Source: Gemmatimonadaceae bacterium (GTDB lineage: Bacteria; Gemmatimonadota; Gemmatimonadetes; Gemmatimonadales; Gemmatimonadaceae). Taken from it: 64,000 bases of DNA. The notes under the pieces are model-generated. The model was not told where the DNA came from and ran no database searches. It saw only the letters and a program-made list of their open reading frames with translations. The DNA lies in the NCBI GenBank assembly GCA_045803545.1, contig JBJMOW010000005.1:576001-640000 (forward strand), written 5' to 3'. A program made the position numbers and the translations under genes. Below, piece by piece: positions 43,397-54,256 of this stretch (the first letter of the stretch is position 1; each line of letters opens with the position of its first letter).

Positions 43397-45954
43397 CGAT
43401 CTTTTCGCGCAGCATCTGGAGTCTCGCCTGGCGAGAGAGTCGCACCGCGCGCCGACGGCTATTGCTCTACATGTCGTCGATCTCGCTTGGCGTTGCGGCG
43501 CTTGTCGCGATCGACTCCTTCGCCGGCAATATCACTCAATCGGTCAAAGATCAGTCGCGCGCGCTGATGGGCGGCGATATCTCCTTCAACTCCTCGAAGC
43601 CGATTCCACCGGTCATCGACTCGCTCTTCGATTCGCTGTCACACCGCGGCCTTTCGTTTGCTCGGGTCACGACGTTTCCTTCAATGGCTGTCGTTCCACG
43701 CACCGCGGGCACCCGCTTCGCCCAGGTTCGCGGTGTGACGGAGAACTACCCGTTCTACGGCAACATCGTGACGGAACCGGTGGGTGCATGGCGCAACCTC
43801 CAGAGTGGCGCCAACGCCATTGTCGATCCGGGCCTCCTCACCTCCCTCAATGCCCGAGTCGGTGACACACTGAGACTCGGTTTCGGCACCTTCACCATCA
43901 TCGCATCGATCAAAGACCTTCCCGGGGCCGCTGGGATCGCGGAGATGCTGGGGCCGCGAGTTTTCATTCCCGCGCGGTACATTGCCGAAACGCAGTTGCT
44001 CGTTTTCGGCAGCACCGCCGATCGGAGTGTGCTCGCAAAACTTCCTGCCGGCACCGACCCCGACAAGTTCATCAAGCCCTTGAGCAAACGGTTCGGGCAG
44101 CAGCAGATCCGAGTGCGCACGGTGACGCAAACTGAAATGCAAACCGCCGACGCAATCGAAAATTTGTCAAACTTCATCGGTATCGTCGGTCTGGTCGCCT
44201 TGCTCCTTGGCGGAATCGGTGTCGCGAGCGGAGTTCGGGCGTTCGTCGAGCGCAAGATCGATACTGTGGCCGTGATGCGCTGCCTCGGCGCCTCGAGTGG
44301 GCAGGTACTGGCGATCTACGTCGCTCAGGCCGCAGCAATGGGACTGATTGGCGCTGCTGCTGGTGCAGCACTCGGTGTGGCAGTCCAATTCATCCTGCCC
44401 CATGCCCTGACGGATTTCCTGCCCGTCGATGTCCACGTCTCGCTGGTGCCGTCGGCCGTATTGACCGGATTGGGGGTCGGCGGCTGGATCGCGCTGGTGT
44501 TCGCGCTGCGTCCGCTGCTCGCGCTGCGCAATGTCTCACCGCTGCAGACACTGCGTCGCGATACCGACTCCGAGGTCCTGCGCCTGCGCTGGAGCGATGC
44601 GCCGCGACTGCTTATCGATGCGGCGCTGGTTGTGAGCGTAGTCGGAATCGCGTTAACTCGCGCGCGGACACCAAGACAGGCATTGGGCATGAGCGCTGCG
44701 ACGGGCGCTGCGATTCTGGCGCTGGCAATTAGCGCCGCACTTCTCTCGTGGGCTGCTCGCAGAGGTTTGCGCACTCGCTGGCCTTACGTCGTGCGTCAGG
44801 GCGTTGCCAATCTTTATCGCCCAGGCAATCAGACGCGCGCGGTCGTTCTCGCCCTCGGTTTCGGGGCTTTTCTCGTCAGTACACTATACCTGGTGCAGCA
44901 CAATATTTTGCGGCGCTTCACAACAGCACAGGCTGAGGCGCGCGGCAACGTCGTGTTTTTCGATGTGCAGCAAGACCAGCATATCGGTGTTGATTCGATC
45001 GTTCGCGCAAATCATTACGACGTCGTCCAAGAGGCGCCGGTAGTGACGATGCGAATCGCATCGATCAACGGTAAGAGCGTTGCCGACATGGCACCGGCGC
45101 AGGGCCAGCGAGGCGGACGCGCGGGGTGGGCGCTGCGTCGCGAATTCCGATCGACGTATCGTGACAAGCCGGCTGCCAGCGAAGCCATTGTCGCCGGCAA
45201 GTGGTTCAGTGCAGCCTCGCTAAAACAAGCGCCCGATACGGGAGAGATTTCTCTCGAAGACGGAATCGCCGACGAGCTCAAGGTGAAGCTCGGCGACGTC
45301 ATTACGTGGAACGTGCAGGGGGTCGAGATCCCGACACGCATCACGAGCCTCCGCAAAGTCACCTGGACTCGGTTCGAGCCGAACTTCTTCGTGGTGTTCC
45401 CCCCGCCAGTGCTGCGGGGCGCGCCGAACCAGTACATCCTTCTTGCCCAGGTGAGAGATCCGAATGCCGTTCCGCTGTTGCAGCGCGCGGTGGTAAATCG
45501 ATTCCCCAATGTTTCGAGCATCGATCTGACCGCGATCAAGAAGACGGTCGACCGGATCGTTTCTCGCGTGTCACTGGCGATCCGTTTCATCGCACTCTTC
45601 AGTCTTGCCGTGGCAATTCCGGTTTTGTTCAGCGCCGTGTCGGCAACCCGGCGCGCCCGTGTGCGCGAAGGCGTGCTCCTCAAAACGCTGGGTGCAACCC
45701 GCGGCCAGATCGCTCGCATTCTACTCGCGGAATATTCGCTGCTTGGCCTGCTCGGCGGTCTGACGGGTATGTTGCTCTCGGTTGCCGGTGGCTGGGCGGT
45801 GGTCCGCTACATCTTCAAAGCCCCGTTCGGAACACCGGTTGGCCCGGTACTGGGCATAGCGCTGATCGTTGTCGGACTGACGCTGCTGATTGGGTTGCTT
45901 GCCGGTCGCGATGTTTTCCGGGAGACACCGATCGCCGCGCTTCGAGACGCGTAA
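43393..45954 (+). CDS. ybbP: ABC transporter permease (YbbP/FtsX-like, duplicated)
   Basis: LAWRESR, two FtsX-like halves (MRCLGAS, LKTLGATR), PNFFVVF; GTGA overlap with the ATPase gene. Confidence 0.88.
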   Translation: MTIFSRSIWSLAWRESRTARRRLLLYMSSISLGVAALVAIDSFAGNITQSVKDQSRALMGGDISFNSSKPIPPVIDSLFDSLSHRGLSFARVTTFPSMAVVPRTAGTRFAQVRGVTENYPFYGNIVTEPVGAWRNLQSGANAIVDPGLLTSLNARVGDTLRLGFGTFTIIASIKDLPGAAGIAEMLGPRVFIPARYIAETQLLVFGSTADRSVLAKLPAGTDPDKFIKPLSKRFGQQQIRVRTVTQTEMQTADAIENLSNFIGIVGLVALLLGGIGVASGVRAFVERKIDTVAVMRCLGASSGQVLAIYVAQAAAMGLIGAAAGAALGVAVQFILPHALTDFLPVDVHVSLVPSAVLTGLGVGGWIALVFALRPLLALRNVSPLQTLRRDTDSEVLRLRWSDAPRLLIDAALVVSVVGIALTRARTPRQALGMSAATGAAILALAISAALLSWAARRGLRTRWPYVVRQGVANLYRPGNQTRAVVLALGFGAFLVSTLYLVQHNILRRFTTAQAEARGNVVFFDVQQDQHIGVDSIVRANHYDVVQEAPVVTMRIASINGKSVADMAPAQGQRGGRAGWALRREFRSTYRDKPAASEAIVAGKWFSAASLKQAPDTGEISLEDGIADELKVKLGDVITWNVQGVEIPTRITSLRKVTWTRFEPNFFVVFPPPVLRGAPNQYILLAQVRDPNAVPLLQRAVVNRFPNVSSIDLTAIKKTVDRIVSRVSLAIRFIALFSLAVAIPVLFSAVSATRRARVREGVLLKTLGATRGQIARILLAEYSLLGLLGGLTGMLLSVAGGWAVVRYIFKAPFGTPVGPVLGIALIVVGLTLLIGLLAGRDVFRETPIAALRDA

Positions 45955-45958
45955 ATGC

Positions 45959-45996
45959 AAAAACGGGCCGCGAGATTCGCGGCCCGTTTTCTTTTT
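45959..45996. terminator. bidirectional intrinsic terminator
   Basis: AAAAACGGGCCGCGA-gat-TCGCGGCCCGTTTT. Confidence 0.85.
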
Positions 45997-46008
45997 CGAT
46001 TTTGGTTA

Positions 46009-47802
46009 TTACTGCACTCGTAAAACGTAGATGTGTTCGCCAGTAAAGTTTGCGTTATTGCCCTGGGCGTCGACGATCTTTACGGTCTTGGTTCCCGCAC
46101 CCGAGGACACCGACAGTCGGTAGTACGTTCCGCTGCCTGAGTGATTCGTTCCGCTGAGGTTGTCGGTCCCCGATCCGATCGACTGCACGGTCAGCGGATA
46201 TGATGCCGTCGACTGATTCAGAACCGACCGGGCAACGGGCGGCATCACACTGCGGAAGTTGTAGCTCTTATACTGGTACTTCGGATCCAGTCCGGCGATG
46301 CCGAGGTGGTCCGCGTACATGGAGACGAGCCACCCTTTGACCAGCGTATCGACGGGTGCTTTGGTTGCCGAGGTGAAATTTTTCACGCCGGTGTCGGGTC
46401 CGGCGGCGAGAGTGCGCGTGAGCGCGCGCGGATCACCGTTTGAATAGTTGTCTGCCGCGTATCGAACGATCGCCCATGCAGCACCGCGAACCGCGAGACT
46501 GGTGTCCGCCATTTTCATGAACGGGGCGTACTGATCCGGATCGACCATCCAATCGGTAAGCCTCGCCAGATTCTGGAAGAAGAAAGCGTTAAAGTCATTC
46601 GCCTGCGCGCAAGGTGAATTGCAAGGTAGAACGTCCTGGAACGTCAACGTCTGCAGATCGCCGAAGCCGCGAGAGACGCGACCGACTGCATCTTCCGCAA
46701 AGTGAGCCAACGCTTCGTCAAGCCATGTCGCCTCGAAGCTGCTGACCGCCGGATTGAAGTAACGGTTGCCCGCGTTGATCATGTGCTGGAACTCGTGCGC
46801 GATGGTGCCGCGCGTTCCCTGGCGCACCGAGCTGGTCGAGCGAACGTTTCCAAAGCGCCCAGTCGGATCGGGAGACAGCAAATAGAAAATCTCGCCTTCA
46901 TTGCTCTCGGCGCAGAACGAACCCGGCCCGCCGCCCTGATCGGTCGCCGGGAAAATGTCGCCGGCAAAGAAAAATCCTCCGACGAATCCGCCCTGAGTAT
47001 TCGGCGGGGTCAGCTTGTTGATCTGGCCGGTGTAAAACAGTACGACGTGTCCATTGGCGTCGATGTCAGTCGGTTTTCCGTAATAGGAGCTGTCGGTCGG
47101 ATAAGTGACGTTGTCGAATTCCGCCGTAATGGAATCAAGCGTCGTTTGCGGGAACAACACCGTCGGTGGCGCCCCCTGAAGGTCGAGAGTATCGATAGCG
47201 AGAATGGCGCGCCGGCTTACAGACGCCACGACCGCCTGTGTCGGGATGAAGTTATCGCAGAGGTTGTTCGTCGAGCCATCGGGGACCTTGACGTTGATCA
47301 CGTCGCCCACGTTTGGTACTGGCGAAGCAACCACCTGAGAGCTGCGCCGGATCGAGAAGCGCGAAGATGGGACGACACCGGTTCGCGAGCGCAGGGTCAA
47401 ATGGGATCTCTCGAACGCGCGAACTTTGTTGTCAGCGGCCTGTTGAGCGGTTCGGGCGAGCGGCACCGCCTGAAGCTGGCGGCTCGATTGCGCCGCCATG
47501 TCGGCGGCCACTTCGATGCCGAAGGTACCAGTCGGCGAGCGGTCAGCCTTGACCGTGTAGTTCGCAGCGACTGCGTCGGGCAGCGTACTGGTGTTGCCGA
47601 CAATTACGATGTAATCGCGATTGCTGGAGGTCGACGGAAGGGTGATACCATTCGGAATGTCGGTGGGCTTCAGTACCCGCACCTCGCCGACGCCCAGGCT
47701 GCTGATATCACTGGGGGTCGTATTCGGGCCCGTCCCGCCGTCTCCGCCACCGCCGCAAGCAGCGGCAAAAAGCAAGGCTACAGGTGCTAGTCTCTTGATC
47801 AC
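46009..47802 (-). CDS. lipoprotein zinc metallopeptidase (HEFQH; M30-like)
   Basis: AGGAG RBS + GTG, lipobox AAAC, TIAHEFQHMI and WLDEALAHFAE zincin motifs. Confidence 0.8.
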   Translation of the reverse strand: MIKRLAPVALLFAAACGGGGDGGTGPNTTPSDISSLGVGEVRVLKPTDIPNGITLPSTSSNRDYIVIVGNTSTLPDAVAANYTVKADRSPTGTFGIEVAADMAAQSSRQLQAVPLARTAQQAADNKVRAFERSHLTLRSRTGVVPSSRFSIRRSSQVVASPVPNVGDVINVKVPDGSTNNLCDNFIPTQAVVASVSRRAILAIDTLDLQGAPPTVLFPQTTLDSITAEFDNVTYPTDSSYYGKPTDIDANGHVVLFYTGQINKLTPPNTQGGFVGGFFFAGDIFPATDQGGGPGSFCAESNEGEIFYLLSPDPTGRFGNVRSTSSVRQGTRGTIAHEFQHMINAGNRYFNPAVSSFEATWLDEALAHFAEDAVGRVSRGFGDLQTLTFQDVLPCNSPCAQANDFNAFFFQNLARLTDWMVDPDQYAPFMKMADTSLAVRGAAWAIVRYAADNYSNGDPRALTRTLAAGPDTGVKNFTSATKAPVDTLVKGWLVSMYADHLGIAGLDPKYQYKSYNFRSVMPPVARSVLNQSTASYPLTVQSIGSGTDNLSGTNHSGSGTYYRLSVSSGAGTKTVKIVDAQGNNANFTGEHIYVLRVQ

Positions 47803-48014
47803 TCGAAAGCTCCTAGGGTGGTTCCGGCCAGAATCGAGGCTCGAAATGTCTGCTTTATTACCCATACTAGCAGAAAAAGGGCCGGGCCGATGATGGGTCA
47901 AAGGTAAGTGCCTGACCCCTAATGATTGGGACATAACTACGCCGGTAACACCGGACGTCGTGTGGACGTCACCATTTGCTTGCTCAATGTCCAAGTCATT
48001 TATAGACTCTGAGC

Positions 48015-48488
48015 ATGGCGTCCGCGCAAAAGCCGCATCCACAGAAACCGCCAGAAATCTTCCGCTCGCGCGAGCAGCAAGCGACGCTTGGTCTGTTACG
48101 CACTGCGGACGCGGTCAAGCGCAGTTTGGCGCAGGTGATCGAGCCACATGGAATCACACCGCAGCAGTACAACGTGCTGCGAATACTGCGCGGCGCGGGC
48201 CCTGACGGCTTACCCACGTTGAGCATCGGCGAGCGCATGATCGAGCAGACTCCCGGAGTCACCCGACTCGTCGACCGGCTCGAGCGCAAAGAGCTGGTCG
48301 AGCGCACTCCCTGTCCAAAGGATCGACGGCGCGTGTTTTGTCGCATCACGCAAAAAGGGCTAGACCTGTTAAAAGAGTTGGATGACCCGGTCAATCGGTG
48401 GGATGCGCAGGCAGTAGCCGTTCTACCGCCCTCCGAGCTCGACTCGCTGATCAATCTTCTCGACCGCGTCCGCGCGTCGAACTACTAG
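48015..48488 (+). CDS. MarR family transcriptional regulator
   Basis: GITPQQYNVLRIL, VTRLVDRLERKELVER...DRR; promoter TTGCTC-17-TAGACT 6 nt before the ATG. Confidence 0.92.
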   Translation: MASAQKPHPQKPPEIFRSREQQATLGLLRTADAVKRSLAQVIEPHGITPQQYNVLRILRGAGPDGLPTLSIGERMIEQTPGVTRLVDRLERKELVERTPCPKDRRRVFCRITQKGLDLLKELDDPVNRWDAQAVAVLPPSELDSLINLLDRVRASNY

Positions 48489-48597
48489 AAGACACTCTTA
48501 ACGACGGCGCACCTACAGATAGGTTGGGCGATCGTTGCCTAGTCAACCACTCTGGCTGACGGACTATGGTCGATGCTCCACAATCTTACGACGTGAT

Positions 48598-49365
48598 CTA
48601 GCGAAGCACTCCGATTCGTCTGCCCGCCTCTTCGACCGCCGAGAACAGCTGATCGAACGACTCGACCACGAACAGAACATCCTGGAAATGGTCGATCTCG
48701 AATGGCTGATTGAATACCGCATCGAGTGAGAACGAGCGCCTATCACACTTCGGACCGAGTGCATTGGCGGCGTCGCCATGGGACGAGATGAGGCCGGAGC
48801 CGTACACCTTCACCTGATTGTCTTCGCGAATCAATCCGAACTCCACCGTGAACCAGAACAGCCGCGCCATCCGCGTGGTGTCTTCCTCACTCTCGGCCTG
48901 CGCTGCTACCTGGCCATAGTGCTGGAGGAAATCGGCAAAGACCGGATCGGCGTGAAGCGGAACATGGCCGAAGACGTCGTGAAAAATGTCGGGCTCGGGC
49001 AGGTAGTCGAGCTGTTCGCGTTTCCGAATCGTAACAGTGGTAGGAAACTTTCTGAGAGAGAGGCATTGGAAGAACGCTTTGGCCGGGATGTACCCGCTCA
49101 CCGGAACCGCTTCCCATCCCGTCGGCGGAGCAAGTCGTCGATTGACTTCGGCTAGATCCGGAACCGTTTCCTTCTTCAAGCCAATCGTGTCAGCGCCTTT
49201 CAGAAAGATTCTGCTGCCATTCTTCCTCAGCTGATTCATGCGCCGTTCGTAAAGCATTCCCCAGACTTCATGGTCCTCCCTGGTATAGGAGTTCCAATTT
49301 TGCTTTATGAAAACGGAGGGATCTTCTACGAGATCGTAGAGCTCCGCGGTCGAATGACGTTCCAA
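48598..49365 (-). CDS. phhA: phenylalanine 4-monooxygenase
   Basis: YLPEPDIFHDVFGHVP and RLFWFTVEFGLI iron-ligand motifs, YGSGLISS. Confidence 0.92.
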   Translation of the reverse strand: MERHSTAELYDLVEDPSVFIKQNWNSYTREDHEVWGMLYERRMNQLRKNGSRIFLKGADTIGLKKETVPDLAEVNRRLAPPTGWEAVPVSGYIPAKAFFQCLSLRKFPTTVTIRKREQLDYLPEPDIFHDVFGHVPLHADPVFADFLQHYGQVAAQAESEEDTTRMARLFWFTVEFGLIREDNQVKVYGSGLISSHGDAANALGPKCDRRSFSLDAVFNQPFEIDHFQDVLFVVESFDQLFSAVEEAGRRIGVLR

Positions 49366-49407
49366 GGTAAGCCCCCTTTGCGATACGCTTACGATCGCAA
49401 CCGAAAG

Positions 49408-50823
49408 CTAATTCTCGGTAGCTGGGGCTGAAAGCTTAGCGCTGGTGTGTTTGCGCAACGGCAGCGTCAGTGTGAATACCGAGCCGACACTCAGTCGACT
49501 CGTCGCGCGCACATCGCCGCCCATTGCGCGCGCCAGATCCCGGCTGATCGCGAGACCGAGGCCTGTGCCGCCACTCGGCATAGAGCCGGGCGCGCGCACC
49601 TGAACGAAGGGCTCAAAGATCTCTTCGATCTTTTCCTCCGGAACTCCCGAGCCGGTGTCGCGGACGCGAACCATGACGGTGTCGTTCTCAACTCGCCAAT
49701 CGAGCTCGACCGAACCGCCAGGCGGAGTGAACTTCACCGCGTTCGCCAGCAAGTTGACGACGATCTGCTGAACCTTCTCGCGATCGGCAAATACAGTCAG
49801 CGCCGAGTCGCCTGGCCGGTGCGTGTAGAGAACTCCCTTCTTGGCGAACTGCGGCGCGACGAGAGACTCTGCGCCGCGCAGTGTCTCTTCGATCGGAATC
49901 TCCGCCATCGAGAGCTCAACCAGCCCGCCTTCGAGTTTTGCGAAATCGAGAATCATGTTGACGAGCGTCATCAGGTGCTCCTGCGCCTGATGGATGCGGT
50001 CCACATCCTTGCGCTGGTCCTCGTTCAGTCCGCCGTGAATGTTCTGCTGGAGAATCTCGAGGTACCCAGACACCGCGTGCAGCGGCGTGCGGAACTCGTG
50101 GCTGAGACGCGCGAACAGCTCCGACTTGATTCGATTTGCCGCTTCCGCTTCCTTGCGCGCCGCCTGTTCGCCTGCGAGAGCGATCTCGAGCTCGCGGGTT
50201 CTCTGAGCGACGCGGGCGTTGAGCGATCGGTTGAGCGCCAGCATGCTTTCTTCTCTGTCTCGGCTAATGCTCATATCGCGTAGCAGCCAGCAATAGCTTT
50301 CGTGCCCGGCATGCGCCGGGATCGCCGCAACGGTCGTCTCGACGGCCAGCGTCCGCCCATCACGCGTGCTCAGATCGATCAGGATGCGATCGCGCACAGT
50401 GCTACCAAGCGCACGCAAGTGCGCTCGGAATTCAGGGCGGGTACGGATGTCGACGAAGTTGATCATCGGCTTGCCGATCAGCAGCACGGCGGGCACACCG
50501 AGAAATTCGGCGGCTGCAGTGTTGGCCTGTTCGATCGTGCCGCTGGAGTCGGTGACGAGGTATGGATCCGGGGCGAATTCGAACAACGCGCGGTAGCGAT
50601 TTCGCTCGACTTCTAGCTGGCGCTGCGCATCCTGGATTGCGTCTTGTTGGGCGCGGAGCTCCTCTTCGGCGACACTCAGCTCCTCGTAGGCCGTTAACAG
50701 GCGCTCGTGCGCCTCCTCAACGGAAATCCCCTCGGATGCATAGCGCGTTCGGGTGTCGCGCGCGAGCTCGACGAAGTCCGTGAAACGAGCAATGTCTTCC
50801 CTACTCGGCAGCGGCTCAGTCAA
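49408..50823 (-). CDS. PAS sensor histidine kinase
   Basis: N-terminal coiled coil [42 protein letters not shown]. Confidence 0.9.
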   Translation of the reverse strand: MTEPLPSREDIARFTDFVELARDTRTRYASEGISVEEAHERLLTAYEELSVAEEELRAQQDAIQDAQRQLEVERNRYRALFEFAPDPYLVTDSSGTIEQANTAAAEFLGVPAVLLIGKPMINFVDIRTRPEFRAHLRALGSTVRDRILIDLSTRDGRTLAVETTVAAIPAHAGHESYCWLLRDMSISRDREESMLALNRSLNARVAQRTRELEIALAGEQAARKEAEAANRIKSELFARLSHEFRTPLHAVSGYLEILQQNIHGGLNEDQRKDVDRIHQAQEHLMTLVNMILDFAKLEGGLVELSMAEIPIEETLRGAESLVAPQFAKKGVLYTHRPGDSALTVFADREKVQQIVVNLLANAVKFTPPGGSVELDWRVENDTVMVRVRDTGSGVPEEKIEEIFEPFVQVRAPGSMPSGGTGLGLAISRDLARAMGGDVRATSRLSVGSVFTLTLPLRKHTSAKLSAPATEN

Positions 50824-51009
50824 TGATGTGCATGCGAAGGTGAAACGCCTTTGACTCCCAAACAGATGGTTTCAGCGCACATCCACGCTAACGGTAAATC
50901 ATGACAGCGCAAGAGGTAAACTGCGTTGCGCCGTCAGAATGTGACCTGATCCTGACGAGTTGCTTACGCGCCACGAGCCAACTGTGATGCAAACACGAAT
51001 CACGACCGG

Positions 51010-54000
51010 CTAGGGACCGTGCGGGTCGTCGTCGCCAGCCTCCGAATCTGGGCCGAAATCAAAATTGATGATGTCGCTCACTCGTTCCACATGCACGATT
51101 TGTCGGAGTGATTGCCCGCCGACACTGATGGTGACAGCGTAGTCGCCCGGATCGACCAGATTGCCGGCGCGTCCCCCGCCAAAGAACCCACCGCCTTCCC
51201 CGCCTCCCCCACCGGGTCCCATCGTCGGCGCTTCCGCGGGGCGAAGGTTCTCGGCTTGGGCGCCGCCACGACCCCGGCGTGGTCCCCCTTCCACGCCACC
51301 AGCGGTGTCGGTACGGGCGGCGCGCACCGAGTCTTCCCGCGCGCGTCTGACGCGGGCGGCGGTGATGCTGTCCCTCAACGCGGCCGGTCCCAATGGGCGA
51401 GGCCTGCCCCGAAGATCCCAATACGCGTGGTGGAGGCCGGGTCCACCCGGGCCAGTGAGTGTTCGAACGGTATCACCGCGAATGTTGGTGACCACAATTC
51501 GGGCACTGTCGCGCGGACTTCCCGATGACAGTCGGTAAGCCAGCTCGGCACCGTACGACGGATTCGGCGCGATGAAGTTCTTCTGCCCGGGGAAATTCTG
51601 AACGTTGCCGATCGAGTACTCGTAAGCCGTCTTGGGCGTAAAGAAGTTGACTGTCCGCGCAATTATCCCGGTGTTCATCTCCTCCAGCGGCGCGACGTCG
51701 ACGATCCAGATCGAGCGTCCGTGAGTCGCGGCGATCAGCTCACGATCACGGGGGTGAATTTTTAGATCGTGCACGGGAACCGTCGGCATTCCGGTCATGA
51801 AACGTTGCCAGCTCGAGCCACGGTCCGTCGACACGTACGCACCGACATCGCTGCCGAGATACAGTAGGTCGCGATTCGCCGGATCCTCTCGGATGACATG
51901 AACGAAATCCACGCCACCAGTCGGGAGGTTGTTCACGATCGAGCGAAACGTTTTGCCGAAATCGGTTGACACGAAGACGTACGGCTTGAAGTCGTTCTCG
52001 CGGTGATTGTCGAAGGTGACGTACACAGTCGCCGTATCGAAGTGTGATGGCTCGACTCGACTAACCCACGTCTTCTTCGGGACACCCGGGAAGCGCGTGG
52101 TAATGTCGGTCCACGAACCACCGTCGTTCGTCGTCAGCCAAACATTGCCATCGTCGGTGCCGACCCAGAGAATGCCTGGCCGAATCGGCGATTCAGCGAC
52201 CGTTGTTATGGTGCCGTAGGTCTCCGCGCCCGAGTTGTCGCGCGTGATGCCGCCGGTGGTGCGGGTGCTCATGATGATTCGCGCCGAATCCTTAGTCGAT
52301 AAATCCGGCGAGATCGGGTAGAAGTGATCGCCGCGGTCCGACGATTTCAGCAGCCGATTGCCGCCCATGTATACGGTGTTCGCCGAGTGTGGCGACAGGA
52401 AATACGGCGTCGACCAGTTAAACCGGTAGCCGCGCGCCGAATCAGCGGCCGCGCGTCGCCGAACCGCCTCCACCGCGGCCGTGACCTGCGGCGTCTCCGG
52501 ACGCGTGGTGTCGCCTCGGGCGATGATTACTGAATCTTCGAACAGACTCGTGCGATCACGTCCGCCACCACGCATTATCACCGCGCGGGTATTCTGCGCG
52601 ACATTCAGCCGCGAGGCGTTTCCGCCCTGCGATTCGCTGTAAACGATGTTCGGATCGTCCGGATCGATTGCGGTATAGAAACCGTCGCCGCCGCCGACAT
52701 TGTACCAGTCGTAGTTGGTGATGCCGACGCGATTTCGCGAGCGTGACGGACCGCACCACGAACCGTTGTCCTGGAGGCCACCGCACACCTTGTACGGTTT
52801 CTCCATTCCGTAACTGATCGCGTAGAACTGACCGATGGGAAACGTGTTGATGAAGTCGTAGGTGCCGCCTCGATCGTAGGTCACCGCGATTCCACCGTCG
52901 TCGCCGAGGATGAAGTGGTCGGGGTCGCTCGGGTCGATCCACATCGCGTGCCAATCGGTGTGCACGTTCAATGCGCCGCGACGATACGTCTTGCCGCCGT
53001 CTTCCGACGACCGAAAGACCGACGACATCCAGTAGATGCGATCGGGATTCTTCGGATCCACGCGAATTTGTGAATAATAGAACGGACGTGCGTCGCCGAG
53101 TCCGCCTGCACCTGATCCCGGTGGCTCGTTGCGATAAGTCAGTGTCCACGTCGCGCCGCCGTCCGCGGAGCGATAGATGCCGCTGTTCGTCTTCTGTCTT
53201 TTGGACGTGTCGGGTTTTTCGCCGCGCGCGAGCGCGCGGGGCAGTGTGTCAGCTTCGACCCACACGTACAGGACCCGAGGATTCGACGGAGACAGTGCGA
53301 GTCCGATGCGTCCCTTCATTGTCTCCGGAAAACCGCCGCCTCTGATCTCGCGCCAGCTCGCACCGGCATCGGTGGTCTTCCAGAGCCCACTTCCCGGCCC
53401 GCCGCTCTTCAGGAAATAAGGGCCGCGCACGCGCTCCCAACTTGTAGCGTAAAGGGTATTGTGATCCTTCGCGTCCATCGCGATGTCGACGAATCCCGCC
53501 TTGTCGCTAATAAACTTTGACAGCTTCCATGTCGCACCGCCGTCAGTGGTCTTGTAGAGTCCGCGCTCCGGATTCGAGTTCCAGGCGTGACCGAGCGCGG
53601 CGACGTAAACGACGTTCGGGTCCGTTGGGTCGATGACGATGCGACCAATTTGTTGGGTCGCCTCCAGTCCGACCAGCTTCCACGTCCTGCCCGCGTCCGT
53701 CGACTTGAAGACGCCGCCGCCCGGCGAGATGGAATTGCGTGAATCCTCTTCACCCGTACCGGCGTAGAGAATGTTGGGATCCGACGGAGCGATTGCGATA
53801 TCACCCATCGAGATCACCTTCTCTTTGTCGAATGTCGGGAAGAAAGTCGTTCCAGCGTTGATGGTCTTCCAGATACCACCAGTGGCAGTTGCGACGTAAA
53901 AGATCTTCGGGTTGCCGGCGACGCCCTCGACATCAGTCACGCGTCCACCCATGTTGGCCGGTCCGATAGAGCGCCAACGGAACCCGGCGAGCGTTGCCGA

Positions 54001-54087
54001 ATCGAGAGGTGTGGTGAGTTGTGCGGAGGCGGTGCCGGCGAAGAGCACGGCGCAGGCGAGAGCGCAGAGGACCGGATGGGCTCGCAT
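51010..54087 (-). CDS. secreted VPS10/sortilin-like (BNR-repeat) beta-propeller protein
   Basis: Signal peptide, WRSIGPANMGGR, repeated (S/T)xDxGxTW BNR motifs, GGLQDNGSW. Confidence 0.88.
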   Translation of the reverse strand: MRAHPVLCALACAVLFAGTASAQLTTPLDSATLAGFRWRSIGPANMGGRVTDVEGVAGNPKIFYVATATGGIWKTINAGTTFFPTFDKEKVISMGDIAIAPSDPNILYAGTGEEDSRNSISPGGGVFKSTDAGRTWKLVGLEATQQIGRIVIDPTDPNVVYVAALGHAWNSNPERGLYKTTDGGATWKLSKFISDKAGFVDIAMDAKDHNTLYATSWERVRGPYFLKSGGPGSGLWKTTDAGASWREIRGGGFPETMKGRIGLALSPSNPRVLYVWVEADTLPRALARGEKPDTSKRQKTNSGIYRSADGGATWTLTYRNEPPGSGAGGLGDARPFYYSQIRVDPKNPDRIYWMSSVFRSSEDGGKTYRRGALNVHTDWHAMWIDPSDPDHFILGDDGGIAVTYDRGGTYDFINTFPIGQFYAISYGMEKPYKVCGGLQDNGSWCGPSRSRNRVGITNYDWYNVGGGDGFYTAIDPDDPNIVYSESQGGNASRLNVAQNTRAVIMRGGGRDRTSLFEDSVIIARGDTTRPETPQVTAAVEAVRRRAAADSARGYRFNWSTPYFLSPHSANTVYMGGNRLLKSSDRGDHFYPISPDLSTKDSARIIMSTRTTGGITRDNSGAETYGTITTVAESPIRPGILWVGTDDGNVWLTTNDGGSWTDITTRFPGVPKKTWVSRVEPSHFDTATVYVTFDNHRENDFKPYVFVSTDFGKTFRSIVNNLPTGGVDFVHVIREDPANRDLLYLGSDVGAYVSTDRGSSWQRFMTGMPTVPVHDLKIHPRDRELIAATHGRSIWIVDVAPLEEMNTGIIARTVNFFTPKTAYEYSIGNVQNFPGQKNFIAPNPSYGAELAYRLSSGSPRDSARIVVTNIRGDTVRTLTGPGGPGLHHAYWDLRGRPRPLGPAALRDSITAARVRRAREDSVRAARTDTAGGVEGGPRRGRGGAQAENLRPAEAPTMGPGGGGGEGGGFFGGGRAGNLVDPGDYAVTISVGGQSLRQIVHVERVSDIINFDFGPDSEAGDDDPHGP

Positions 54088-54256
54088 GGTTTTGCTTTCG
54101 GGTTGAGTTGTACGCGTCGGCGGAGTCACGACCGTTGCACGACTAAGCTAATACGGCGCGTGATTGGACGGTGTTGACCTCCGTCGCGAACCGTTGAAAA
54201 GCGATAGCTTTGATTCTCAAGTCCGGCGATGGATCCGGTAATCGGGTAAATGCATT